In this document: one piece after another, positions 8,087 through 16,678 of the stretch
Layout of the letters: the number at the start of each line of letters is the position of its first letter
Numbering within the stretch: the first letter of the stretch is position 1
Assembly (NCBI GenBank): GCA_023427545.1
Contig: JAEZBF010000239.1
Location: 1-32,899, forward strand
DNA from: Pseudomonadota bacterium
GTDB lineage: Bacteria > Pseudomonadota > Alphaproteobacteria > Rhizobiales > Devosiaceae
Direction of reading: 5' to 3'
DNA: 32,899 nucleotides
Made by a program: the position numbers and the translations under genes
Notes under the pieces: generated by a model
Seen by the model: only the letters and a program-made list of their open reading frames with translations
Told to the model about the DNA's origin: nothing
Databases searched by the model: none

Positions 8087-8419
8087 CTACTCCTTGAGAG
8101 AAATGGTAAGCAGCGCCTTGAAGCTCGAGCCCTCGGGCAGGACCGTCATGACGCGGAGGAAAGTGCCGAAGTTGCTGATCCGTGCGCTCGAGACTTCATC
8201 GACGCGCGGCACCGGCATCATGCTGCCCTCGTCGATCCAGCGCATGCCGTCGGGCGAGATCTGCACCCAGGCGCGCGCCTGCTCCGGCGTTCCCTCGGCA
8301 CCAAGCGAGCGCAGGTAGATCACCGCCTCGCTCGCCCAGGCCACGTCGTACGGTTCGCTCGCTGCGACGCCGCTCCAGGTGTCGCCACGCGCGACGACGG
8401 CCGTAATGGACTCACGCAT
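8087..8419 (-). CDS. Hypothetical protein, small partner of the uncharacterised two-gene module (copy A)
   Basis: 110 aa with no signal peptide or TM segment. Its ATG overlaps the stop of the upstream gene by 8 nt (ATGCGTGA). It is a clear paralog of 17689-18027: shared AV(V/I)ARG..W...EPY...WA.EA.I, VQIS.DGMRWIDEG and AR...FG. The conserved MRWIDEG differs from the other copy by one synonymous change (GAC vs GAT). Confidence 0.8.
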   Translation of the reverse strand: MRESITAVVARGDTWSGVAASEPYDVAWASEAVIYLRSLGAEGTPEQARAWVQISPDGMRWIDEGSMMPVPRVDEVSSARISNFGTFLRVMTVLPEGSSFKALLTISLKE

Positions 8420-9293
8420 CTTCCCAGTCTCCCGAAACCAGCACCGAGTCGAGGTAGACGAACGACCGCTTGTTGGTATCGGCCTCCACGGTCCAGCACA
8501 CGTTGAACAAGCAGTTGAGGTTCGGCCACGCTTCCATGTGCATCGGCTCGAGCGTCGAGACGTCGAACTCGCGGTCGTTACACTGCAATGACGTGAAGCT
8601 CATCGAACGCAGGTCGAAGCCCATCTTGAAGTAGTGCCAATTATACTTGGTCGGTACCTCGTTGTAGCAGAGCTGCTGGTTGCCCCACGGGATGTCCTCC
8701 CAGCCGTCGGGGCCGAAGTGGTGGTGCGAGCGGGTCTCTCCCAGCGACTGGTCGCCCCCCACGTCGTGCGCCGTTTCGACCTTGCGCTTGAACTGCCACT
8801 TCTCCTGCCGCTCGCCGTTGAAGGCGTTGAGATAGCGCACGTGCGGCATGATGCGATGATTGTTGTCCTGCAGATCGAGCGCCAGGCCGAACGCCCCCGC
8901 ATCCTTTGCGGACAGCTTCAGGTCCGTCGCTTCCGGCTTCAACGCGAAATAGGTCTCGATCTGGATCGGGCACGCCTTGCGGAACGTGAAGCGCTTGAGC
9001 GCCATGTTCACCGAACGGGCGCGCGGCCGCGAAGCGATCTTGAGGGCATAGGTGCCGTCATGCGCCCCATGGGACCCGGTATCCCAGTGCGTGCCGTTCG
9101 ACAGCATGGGCTGGTTCATGTCCCGAAAGCCGGGCAGCACGTTGTCGAGCGTGTGCTCGTAGTTGCCGACCAACGCCGTGTAGCCGCGGAAGCCCTTCGA
9201 GAACTGGTCGAAGGCGATGATACGGGGCAGGGGGTTGAACTTCGAGAGTTCCGGATCCGTCCAGAACGCTCGATTGGCAGCAGTCGACACCAC
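8412..9293 (-). CDS. Hypothetical protein, large partner of the uncharacterised two-gene module (copy A)
   Basis: 293 aa with a GTG start preceded by GAGGAG. No signal peptide or TM segment. It is rich in aromatic residues and His. By eye roughly half its residues are identical to 16835-17689. Shared blocks: PLPRI, PMLSN.THWD.G.HG, YALK(I/L)A.RP, KPEAT.L.LS, NHR..P.VRYLNA.NGE...KWQ, CYNE.PTK.NWHYF..GFD, LQCND, PNL..LFNV and KR.F.Y.DS.L.SGDW. Confidence 0.85.
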   Translation of the reverse strand: MVSTAANRAFWTDPELSKFNPLPRIIAFDQFSKGFRGYTALVGNYEHTLDNVLPGFRDMNQPMLSNGTHWDTGSHGAHDGTYALKIASRPRARSVNMALKRFTFRKACPIQIETYFALKPEATDLKLSAKDAGAFGLALDLQDNNHRIMPHVRYLNAFNGERQEKWQFKRKVETAHDVGGDQSLGETRSHHHFGPDGWEDIPWGNQQLCYNEVPTKYNWHYFKMGFDLRSMSFTSLQCNDREFDVSTLEPMHMEAWPNLNCLFNVCWTVEADTNKRSFVYLDSVLVSGDWEDA

Positions 9294-9313
9294 GATCTCC
9301 TCATGCTGTAGCG

Positions 9314-9328
9314 TGTAGTTTCACTACA
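9314..9328. promoter_or_regulatory. Candidate operator palindrome TGTAG-N5-CTACA (site 1)
   Basis: TGTAGTTTCACTACA, which extends to 6-bp arms. It lies 21 nt upstream of the GTG start at 9293. An extra TGTAG half-site sits at 9307-9311. The same arms recur at 9460-9474. Confidence 0.35.
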
Positions 9329-9459
9329 TCAGTCCCCACCGGAGTCAACCGCCGAAATGAGGCCAATTTGCTCCGCCCACCGTGTGTTGCTGGCCCCACT
9401 CAAACGAAGCGCGCCCGAGGCTCACCGGACCTCGCCAAGGCGACAGATTGCCGGAATCC

Positions 9460-9474
9460 TGTAGTCAAGCTACA
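9460..9474. promoter_or_regulatory. Candidate operator palindrome TGTAG-N5-CTACA (site 2)
   Basis: TGTAGTCAAGCTACA, 9 nt upstream of the rpiR-family ATG at 9483. Confidence 0.35.
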
Positions 9475-9482
9475 CCGCGAGC

Positions 9483-10349
9483 ATGAGTACACGGGTTCAG
9501 GCCGCGCTGACTGCTGCCGCCGCCGCAATGCGTCCCTCCGAGCGGAAGGTGGCGGCGTTCGTTGCGAACGACCCGCAGGCGGCACTGCGCATGAGCATCT
9601 CGGCGCTCGCCGATGCGGCCGGCGTCAGCGAACCGACCGTCCTGCGGTTCTGCCGCGCCCTTGGCTACAAGGGCTTCATGGATTTCAAGATCAGCGTGGC
9701 GGGCGAACTGGGCGGCGGCACCCCGTTCGTTGACCACGATGTGGCGCCCGGCGATGACGGCAGGGCCGTGGTGGCCAAGCTCTTCGGCTCCTCGGTGCGT
9801 CAGATGACGCGCCTCATCGACACCCTCGACCACGAAGCGCTCGAGCGTGCCGTGGAGGTCATCACCAGCGCGAGCCGCATCGATGTCTGCGGCATCGCAC
9901 AGTCCAACTTCGTTGCGGCCGATCTCCAGCATCGCCTCGCCCGCATGGGGTACCCGGCGATCGCCATGCCGGACGTACACATGCAGTTGCAGGCGGCCGC
10001 CTCCCTCGGGCCGGGCGCCGTTGCGATCGTCATGTCCTTCGCCGGTCAGATCCGCGAAACCCTCGATGTCGCGAGGCAGGCGAGGAGCGTCGGCGCGACC
10101 GTGATCGCCATCACCCGCGGCCGTTCGGCGCTGGCGCGGGAAGCCGACATCGTCATCAATGTCGACAGCGACGAGGCGACGTTCCTCTATGGCTCCTCGG
10201 CAACCCGTTTCGCCCATCTGCTTGCCGTCGACCTGCTCGCCACCCTGATCGCGCTGCGTGGCGGCAAGCCGACTCTCGAGCGGCTCCGGCGCTCCCGACT
10301 CGCCACGCAGGATCGCTGGCTGCCTCAGTCGGACGACACCGGCACCTGA
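9483..10349 (+). CDS. MurR/RpiR-family transcriptional regulator (HTH + SIS sugar-phosphate-sensing domain)
   Basis: N-terminal HTH_6 block ERKVAAFV...ISALADAAGVSEPTVLRFCRALGYKGFMDFK. The SIS-like remainder has (V/I)xGxxxS-type motifs. It is divergent from the 9293 operon. Confidence 0.9.
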   Translation: MSTRVQAALTAAAAAMRPSERKVAAFVANDPQAALRMSISALADAAGVSEPTVLRFCRALGYKGFMDFKISVAGELGGGTPFVDHDVAPGDDGRAVVAKLFGSSVRQMTRLIDTLDHEALERAVEVITSASRIDVCGIAQSNFVAADLQHRLARMGYPAIAMPDVHMQLQAAASLGPGAVAIVMSFAGQIRETLDVARQARSVGATVIAITRGRSALAREADIVINVDSDEATFLYGSSATRFAHLLAVDLLATLIALRGGKPTLERLRRSRLATQDRWLPQSDDTGT

Positions 10350-10378
10350 TCGCGTGCGGACGCAGATGAAAGTACGTT

Positions 10379-11434
10379 TCAGGATTGCAGCTTTCGTCCA
10401 ATCCGCTCCAGCTCCTGGTCGAGAAGTGCCACCACGTCGTCGGACAGGTGCAACCCCTGACTTGCTGCCGCTGCCCGCCGTGCGTGAGCCCCCGGTCCGG
10501 GTAACCGCACAGGCGGCCCGCCGGCGGCCGGCCGCGACGCGCGCACCATCTCGCCGAGCTGCCGCGTGCGCGCCTCGTACTGCTCCAGCCCCATGAATGC
10601 CTTGGGATCGATGACCACGAACACGTGCCCGGCATCGGTGGGCTCCGGGCTCTTGTCGTTCGGGTTCCCCACCATGCGCCCTATGGCTGCGCCCGACAGC
10701 ACGCCGGCCAGCATCTCGACCATCAGCGCCAGGGCCGAGCCCTTGGCTCCGGCCATCGGCAGCAGCGCGCCCTTCATGCCCGCGGCCGGATCGGTAGTGG
10801 CGCTGCCGTCTGGCGCCACGGCCCAGTCCCCCGGGATTGACCGTCCCTCGCGCTGCGCCTGCCGCATCTTGCCGAACGCCGCAACGCTCGTTGCGATGTC
10901 AAACGCCACGGCATTCTCGGGCTCTTTCGCCGGAAAAGCCGCCGCGATCGGATTGGTGCCGAGGATCGGATCTGCACCGCCATGCACGGCCATCGCCGGC
11001 GAGCCGTTGGACGCGGTGAATGCGATGTACCCCGCGTCGGTCGCCCGCTGCAGCAGGTAGCCCGCCGCACCATAGTGGTTGCTGCGCCGCACTGCGGCGA
11101 TGGCGATCCCGGCCTCTGCCGCAGTCGCCATGGCGCGGTCGATCGCCACCGCACCCGCCACGACGCCCATGGCGTTGCCGCCATCGACCAGCAGCACGCC
11201 CGGCCGGGTCTGCTCCACCGCGATCTCCGGCCGCGCCGCGATCTTTCCCCGGCGCAGTGCATCGAGGTACATCGGCGCTCGCGAGACGCCGTGCGACGTT
11301 ACCCCCGACGCCTCTGCATCGGTCAGCCAGTCCGCGCAGAGCTCCGCATCCTCTCGCGGCAATCCCGCATCAACGAACAGCGCCACCAGGGCCTCGGCGA
11401 CAGCTGCAACGGGAAAACTGGCCATGTCTCGCAT
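10379..11434 (-). CDS. Ldh_2-family (malate/L-lactate/sulfolactate dehydrogenase type 2) oxidoreductase
   Basis: Family blocks GVTSHGVSRAPMYL, RRSNHYGAAGYL and ILGTNPIAAAFP. The start is the ATG at 11434 or the ATG at 11425. Confidence 0.85.
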   Translation of the reverse strand: MRDMASFPVAAVAEALVALFVDAGLPREDAELCADWLTDAEASGVTSHGVSRAPMYLDALRRGKIAARPEIAVEQTRPGVLLVDGGNAMGVVAGAVAIDRAMATAAEAGIAIAAVRRSNHYGAAGYLLQRATDAGYIAFTASNGSPAMAVHGGADPILGTNPIAAAFPAKEPENAVAFDIATSVAAFGKMRQAQREGRSIPGDWAVAPDGSATTDPAAGMKGALLPMAGAKGSALALMVEMLAGVLSGAAIGRMVGNPNDKSPEPTDAGHVFVVIDPKAFMGLEQYEARTRQLGEMVRASRPAAGGPPVRLPGPGAHARRAAAASQGLHLSDDVVALLDQELERIGRKLQS

Positions 11435-11543
11435 TCAACCATAGAATCCATAGGTACAAGCGACTTTCCTATAAGCAACGGATGGATGATAGTAGCTCCA
11501 CGCTTCACGAAGCTGCTAAATCCGCTCGTCACTGGAGAGCCAC

Positions 11544-12362
11544 ATGGCCCGCGCCTCCGATCTGGAACTGCCGGAGACCGCTGATCAGAGCGACAGGCAG
11601 ACGCGCTACCGCGTCCCCGCCGTCGACAAGGCTCTGGACATCCTCGAGCTGCTCTCGACCGAGGCCACCGGCCTGCCAATGGCGACCCTGGCGGAGCGGC
11701 TGGGGCGCACCATCAGCGAAATCTACCGCACCGTTCAGCTGCTCGAAGCCCGCGGCTACCTCGAGCGTCACAACGACGGCGACCGCTATGCCGTGACCAT
11801 GAAGCTCTTCCGGCTGGCCCACGCCATGCCGCGCGTTCATTCGCTGACCTCGCATGCCATTCCCATCATGGAGGAGCTCGCCAATCAGATAGAGCAGTCC
11901 TGCCATCTCGCCGTGCTCGACGGCCAGGACATCCTCATCATCGCTCAGGTCGATTCCCCGCTGCCGCGCCAGTACTCCGTGGCCCTCGGCGCCCGCCTGC
12001 CGGTGTGGGAGGCGAGCTCGGCAAACCTGCTGCTCGCCTATCAGCCCGAAGCCAAGCGCGAGGCGCTGTTCCGCTCGCTTGCGCGCACCGTCACCCCCGA
12101 TGCGCTGCAGCAGCTGCGCCAGCGCGTCGCCGAGGTCGTCAGCACCGGCCGCGAGGACCGTGAGAGCTACGTTGTCAGCGGCCTGCTGACCTTCAGCCGC
12201 CCGATCTTCAACCACTTCGGCACCGTCGTCGCTGCCCTGACGGTTCCGTTCCTCCACCACAAGCGCCTCGCCGTCCCGCCGGAGGAGGCGAGCGCACGCC
12301 TCGACGCCGCGGCGCTGCACCTTTCCCGCGAGCTCGGCTACCGCGAGCCGAACGGCGGCTGA
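11544..12362 (+). CDS. IclR-family transcriptional regulator
   Basis: The winged-HTH block is VPAVDKALDILELLS...MATLAERLGRTISEIYRTVQLLEARGYLER. The C-terminal effector domain is about 180 aa. Confidence 0.9.
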   Translation: MARASDLELPETADQSDRQTRYRVPAVDKALDILELLSTEATGLPMATLAERLGRTISEIYRTVQLLEARGYLERHNDGDRYAVTMKLFRLAHAMPRVHSLTSHAIPIMEELANQIEQSCHLAVLDGQDILIIAQVDSPLPRQYSVALGARLPVWEASSANLLLAYQPEAKREALFRSLARTVTPDALQQLRQRVAEVVSTGREDRESYVVSGLLTFSRPIFNHFGTVVAALTVPFLHHKRLAVPPEEASARLDAAALHLSRELGYREPNGG

Positions 12363-12364
12363 GC

Positions 12365-13456
12365 TCAGCCCAGCCGGTTCTGCGTCTTGCTGTCGAAGAG
12401 ATGCAGCCGCGCCGCTTCGAAGTTCAGCGTCAGCGGCTGCCCGGCCTGGAACTGCCCCTTGTCCGTGCAGCGCGCGGTGACGATCGCCTCGCCCGCCTTG
12501 ACGGTCACGAGGATGTCGCTGCCGAGCGGCTCGAGCATGTCGATGACGCCGTCGATGTGACCCGCTGCGCCCGGCACCGGCACGTCGCTCAGGTGCTCGG
12601 GGCGTAGCCCCGCGAGCACATCGCCGCCGGCGGGAACCTGGGGCAGGGGCGTCCCTGCCGGCAGCACGATCCGCCCACCGCCGGCGAGCGAGAGGATGGG
12701 CCGGTCGCCGTCCATTCCTCGCGTCGCCGGCAGGATGTTCATCGTCGGCGAACCGATGAACTCCGCCACGAAGACATTGGCCGGCCGGTCGAACAGGTCG
12801 TGCGGCGTGCCCACCTGCGCGATGTGCCCGTCCAGCAGGCAGATGATCCGGTCCGCCAGCGTCATCGCCTCGAGTTGGTCGTGCGTTACGTACATGCTCG
12901 TTGTCTTGAGCGACTGGTGCAGCCGCTTGATCTGCCCGCGCATCTCAGCGCGCAGCTTGGCATCGAGGTTCGAGAGCGGTTCGTCGAAGAGGAAGAGCCG
13001 CGGCTTGCGGACCATGGCGCGGCCGATCGCGACGCGCTGGCGCTGGCCGCCCGAAAGCTCCCGCGGCCGCCGATGGAGAAGATGGCCGATCTGCAGGATG
13101 TCCGCGACCCGCTTGACCTGCGCCGCCCGCTCCTCCTTGGGCACCTTGGCGAGCTCGAGCGAGAAGCCGATGTTCTGCTCCACGCTCATGTGCGGATAGA
13201 GCGCGTAGTCCTGGAACACCATCGCGACCTGCCGCTCCTTGGGCGACAGTTCGTTGACGCGAACGGTCCCCATGCGCAGCTCGCCGCCCGAGATCTCCTC
13301 GAGGCCAGCGACCATGCGCAGGATCGTGCTCTTGCCGCAGCCCGACGGGCCGACGAGCACGAGGAACTCTCCCTCCTCGATGTCGAAGCTGATGTCGTGC
13401 ACGACCTCGAGATTGCCGTACCGCTTGACGAAGCGATCAACACTGATGGCGGCCAC
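12365..13456 (-). CDS. Sugar ABC transporter ATP-binding protein (MalK/UgpC/MsiK type)
   Basis: Walker A GPSGCGKST, signature LSGGQRQRVAIGRA, Walker B LFLFDEPLSNLD. It has a C-terminal MalK-type regulatory (TOBE-like) extension. Confidence 0.92.
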   Translation of the reverse strand: MAAISVDRFVKRYGNLEVVHDISFDIEEGEFLVLVGPSGCGKSTILRMVAGLEEISGGELRMGTVRVNELSPKERQVAMVFQDYALYPHMSVEQNIGFSLELAKVPKEERAAQVKRVADILQIGHLLHRRPRELSGGQRQRVAIGRAMVRKPRLFLFDEPLSNLDAKLRAEMRGQIKRLHQSLKTTSMYVTHDQLEAMTLADRIICLLDGHIAQVGTPHDLFDRPANVFVAEFIGSPTMNILPATRGMDGDRPILSLAGGGRIVLPAGTPLPQVPAGGDVLAGLRPEHLSDVPVPGAAGHIDGVIDMLEPLGSDILVTVKAGEAIVTARCTDKGQFQAGQPLTLNFEAARLHLFDSKTQNRLG

Positions 13457-13473
13457 GGGGATTTCCTTTCAAC

Positions 13474-14349
13474 TCAGCCCTTCACCGAACCGGCGGTGAG
13501 GCCGGCGATGAGGAATCTCTGGGCGAACATCACCAGCAGGGTGACGGGCAGGAGCTGCACCGTCACGCCGGCAAAGAGCACGCCGAAGTTGGTGCCGCTC
13601 ACCGAGTCCATCACTTCCGAAATGATGAGCGGTGCGGTCTTGGCATGCTGCGTCGTGAAGATCAGCGCGAACAGGTACTCGTTCCACGAGAAGATGAAGA
13701 CGAAGATGGCGCAGGCAGCGACGCCCTGCAGCGCCAGCGGAAAGATCACCCGGACCAGCGACTGCAGCGAGGTCGCGCCGTCGACGATCGCCGCTTCATC
13801 CAGCGTGCGGGGGATCTTGTCGATGAACGTCTTCATGATCATCGTGCACATCGAGACCCAGAAGGCGGCGTAGAGCACGATGAGCACGATGTGGGTGTCG
13901 CTGAGCTTGAGCGCATCGACGAGCGGAAACAGCGGCAGCGTCACCACGATGGGTGGCAGCAGTCGGATGGCGATCAGGTAGATCACCGATCCGGCTAGGA
14001 ACCGGCTGCTGTAGCGCGAATAGACGAACCCCGCGAGGATTGCCGCAATGCAGGCGAGCCCTGTCGCACCCGCGGCGATGATCAGGCTGTTGAGCAGCGT
14101 CGGGAAAAATCCGTCCCACTTGGTGACGAGCGCAACGTAGTGCTCCAGCGTCGGCGTGAAGATCACGCTGGGCGGGAACCGGAAGATTTCCTTCTGCGGC
14201 TTGAACGACGACACCACGATGTAAAGGATCGGGAACGCCGACCATACGATCAGCAGCGCGAACAGCGCCGTGCGAATGACGGCGCGGACCGCGCCGGCAG
14301 CGCGCCGCGCCGCCATGTTCGGAAGCTCGATGGGCGCAAGGTCAGTCAT
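13474..14349 (-). CDS. Carbohydrate ABC transporter permease (MalG-like)
   Basis: Six predicted TM stretches. EAA loop PRTLDEAAIVDGATSLQSLVRVIFPL. Paralog of 21455-22282. Confidence 0.9.
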   Translation of the reverse strand: MTDLAPIELPNMAARRAAGAVRAVIRTALFALLIVWSAFPILYIVVSSFKPQKEIFRFPPSVIFTPTLEHYVALVTKWDGFFPTLLNSLIIAAGATGLACIAAILAGFVYSRYSSRFLAGSVIYLIAIRLLPPIVVTLPLFPLVDALKLSDTHIVLIVLYAAFWVSMCTMIMKTFIDKIPRTLDEAAIVDGATSLQSLVRVIFPLALQGVAACAIFVFIFSWNEYLFALIFTTQHAKTAPLIISEVMDSVSGTNFGVLFAGVTVQLLPVTLLVMFAQRFLIAGLTAGSVKG

Positions 14350-15214
14350 TTCCCTTGAGCATCCTTCTGTGCATTGCCCAGAGGTAGACCGATGCGATCA
14401 GCAGCGAGCCGATGACCATCAGCCAGCCGGTCGCCGAGGCGGCGCCGAAATCCCCGCTGCGGAATGCGCTCTGGTAGAGGAACAGCGCCAGCACTTCCGT
14501 CAGCCGCGCCGGACCGCCGCCCGTCAGCAGGTAGACCTCCGAAAACAGGCGGAAGGCGAACACGAAGCGGAAGATCAGCGAGATCAGGATCGCCGGGATC
14601 GTGAGCGGCAGCGTGATGCGCCAGAATTCCTGCCAGCGCGTCGAGCCATCGATGCGCGCCGCTTCATACAGCGACTTCGGCACGGCCAGCATCCCTGCGT
14701 AGATGAGCAGGAAGGTGAACGGCAGGTGGTGCCAGATCGAGATCAGTGTTGTGATCCCCAGCGCCAGCGGCGGCGAGATCGTCCAGTTGATCATCCCCAG
14801 GCCCATGCTCTCGAAGGTGCGCGAAAGGACGCCGCTTCCTGGGGTGAGCATGATCTTCCAGATCAGCACGCCCACCACTTCTGAGATCGCGTAGGGCATC
14901 AGGATGATCGCGAACATCAGCTTGGGATAGCGAACGCCGCCCAGGAACAGGACGGCCATGCCGATCGCGATGAAGAGCTCGATGTAGACGATGGCGTTGA
15001 CCACGATGACCGTGTTGAGCGCCGCCCGCCAGAAATAGGGGCTGCTCAGGACGTCGGCATAGTTCTGCAAGCCGACGAAAGTCAGGTGCGAGCCGTAGGT
15101 GGACTCGTTGAGGCTGAGCCAGAACACATAGAGCGACGGCAGGGCGATCGCCGACAGCAGCAGGAAATGGGTCGGCACCAGCATGAGCAGGGCCGCCGGA
15201 TTGAGACGCCGCAT
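14342..15214 (-). CDS. Carbohydrate ABC transporter permease (MalF-like)
   Basis: EAA loop PKSLYEAARIDGSTRWQEFWRITLPL. It overlaps the downstream permease by 8 nt. Paralog of 22275-23141. Confidence 0.9.
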   Translation of the reverse strand: MRRLNPAALLMLVPTHFLLLSAIALPSLYVFWLSLNESTYGSHLTFVGLQNYADVLSSPYFWRAALNTVIVVNAIVYIELFIAIGMAVLFLGGVRYPKLMFAIILMPYAISEVVGVLIWKIMLTPGSGVLSRTFESMGLGMINWTISPPLALGITTLISIWHHLPFTFLLIYAGMLAVPKSLYEAARIDGSTRWQEFWRITLPLTIPAILISLIFRFVFAFRLFSEVYLLTGGGPARLTEVLALFLYQSAFRSGDFGAASATGWLMVIGSLLIASVYLWAMHRRMLKGND

Positions 15215-15285
15215 GTCAGTCTATCCCGCTGCACGAAAAGGGTCTGCCGCACCCGAGGGCGCGGCAGACCGGTTCAATACGATGG

Positions 15286-16551
15286 TTACTTCGACTTGGC
15301 GACCAGCGCCTCGGCGCGGGTCTGCAGGTCCTGGGCGGCCTGCTCCGGGGTCTTGAGGCCCAGCAGCGCCGAATGCATCTCCTCGAGGAAGATGGTCGTC
15401 GCTTCGACCGCACCGTCGAATGCCGGCACCGCGATGGAGGCATCGCGCAGGCCGGTGGCTTCGGCAGCCGCGTACGGGAGCTTCTCGACGATCCGCGGAT
15501 CCTCGTAGGCACCCGGACGCACCGGACCGTTGCCGTTCAACGCTGCGCGGACGGTGGCGTCCTTGCTCGACAGCTCGCGGATCAGGTCGAAGGCGAGTTC
15601 CTTCTGCTTGGAGTTGGCCGGAATGGCCCACGACCAGAACTCGGTGTTCGCCGCCGACTTGCCCGGCTCGTTGGTCGGATAGGGGATCGCGAGGATCTGG
15701 CCAGGGTACTGCGAGGCGGCCGGATCGTTCAGTGCGGTGTAGCGCGCGAACGGGTTGATCGCGAATGCACCGCGGCCTTCACGCATCGTGGCGATCAGCT
15801 GGTCGAGGCTGTAGGTCGTCGCGTTGGGCGGGATGACGCCTTCCTGGTGCAGCTTGGCCAGTTCGGTCAGGCCGGCGATCATCTCGGGCGAGTTCGCATG
15901 CACGCTCAGGTCGGGCGCGATGTAGGTCGCCCCGAACGCGCTGAGGAACTGCAGCGGCGTCACGTGCGTCTCGGCGGTGATGATCAGGCCGTTGACGCGG
16001 GTGCCGTCGTCACGGGTGAAGGTGGTGTCGCGGATCGCCTTGAGCAGCTCGTCCAGCGTGGTCGGAACGGCAACGCCGCGCTCTTCCAGGATCGCCTTGT
16101 TGTAGAGCAGGGCGTTCGTCGCGTGACGATAGGGGATGGCAACGCGCTTGCCGTCGATCACGGTCGCATCGAGCAGACCCTTCGAGATGCCCTCGAGGTC
16201 CTCGATCGGGTTGGCTGCATTCAGCGGGTCCAGCGGCTCGAGCAGGTTGGCGACGCTGGGAATGACGCGGGTGTTGAGCACCGCGGCCAGATCGATGCTG
16301 GTCTCGCCCAGGCTCATCTCGCGCAGCAGGCGATCGTGCAGCGGTCCGATGTCGAGCGTGATCCAGTTCAGGGTGACGTTGTTCTTCTTGGCCCACTCGC
16401 CGGCGATGTCCTGCGCAGTGGCGAGGTCGCCGCCGGTCGCGGCGGTCTTGTGCACGTTATGCGAAATGATGGTCAGGGTTCGCTGCTCCTGAGCAGCCGC
16501 GCTTCCCATCGCGGCCACCACGAAGGCGGCGGCCAGGAACTTCTTGAGCAT
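15286..16551 (-). CDS. Extracellular solute-binding protein, family 1 (sugar ABC transporter)
   Basis: Signal peptide MLKKFLAAAFVVAAMGSAAAQE. 421 aa. It is the first gene of the SBP-permease-permease-ATPase operon and a paralog of 23214-24467 (shared LHDRL.REM.LG, NGNG.VRP.AY.DPRIVEK). Confidence 0.9.
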   Translation of the reverse strand: MLKKFLAAAFVVAAMGSAAAQEQRTLTIISHNVHKTAATGGDLATAQDIAGEWAKKNNVTLNWITLDIGPLHDRLLREMSLGETSIDLAAVLNTRVIPSVANLLEPLDPLNAANPIEDLEGISKGLLDATVIDGKRVAIPYRHATNALLYNKAILEERGVAVPTTLDELLKAIRDTTFTRDDGTRVNGLIITAETHVTPLQFLSAFGATYIAPDLSVHANSPEMIAGLTELAKLHQEGVIPPNATTYSLDQLIATMREGRGAFAINPFARYTALNDPAASQYPGQILAIPYPTNEPGKSAANTEFWSWAIPANSKQKELAFDLIRELSSKDATVRAALNGNGPVRPGAYEDPRIVEKLPYAAAEATGLRDASIAVPAFDGAVEATTIFLEEMHSALLGLKTPEQAAQDLQTRAEALVAKSK

Positions 16552-16678
16552 AGCTTTTCCTCCTTACGCCACGACTTCTCGTTGAGCGAGGCGATTTTCA
16601 TATAGGATAACCGCTGTCACAGGTGTCAAGCGGAAGTTAACCCCGGCTGCGGCTTCGCAAGGGAAAACAAGGACCATT

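Noticed and set aside
6243-8318. 691-aa plus-strand ORF, the longest in the track
   Set aside because: It lies antisense to three well-supported minus-strand genes (ALDH, beta-hydroxyacid dehydrogenase, small module protein). Its product is Arg/Ala/Gly/Asp-rich low-information sequence with no family motifs. This is a typical high-GC shadow ORF.
15373-16605. Long antisense ORFs opposite real genes (this one, plus 530-1504, 3442-4494, 18818-19762, 22242-23132, 23532-24806, 26610-27380, 27323-28069, 31797-32783 and many shorter ones)
   Set aside because: Each lies opposite a gene with strong family motifs. Their products are dominated by Arg, Gly, Asp, Ala and Val repeats without recognisable domains. 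Long stop-free antisense frames are expected at this GC content.
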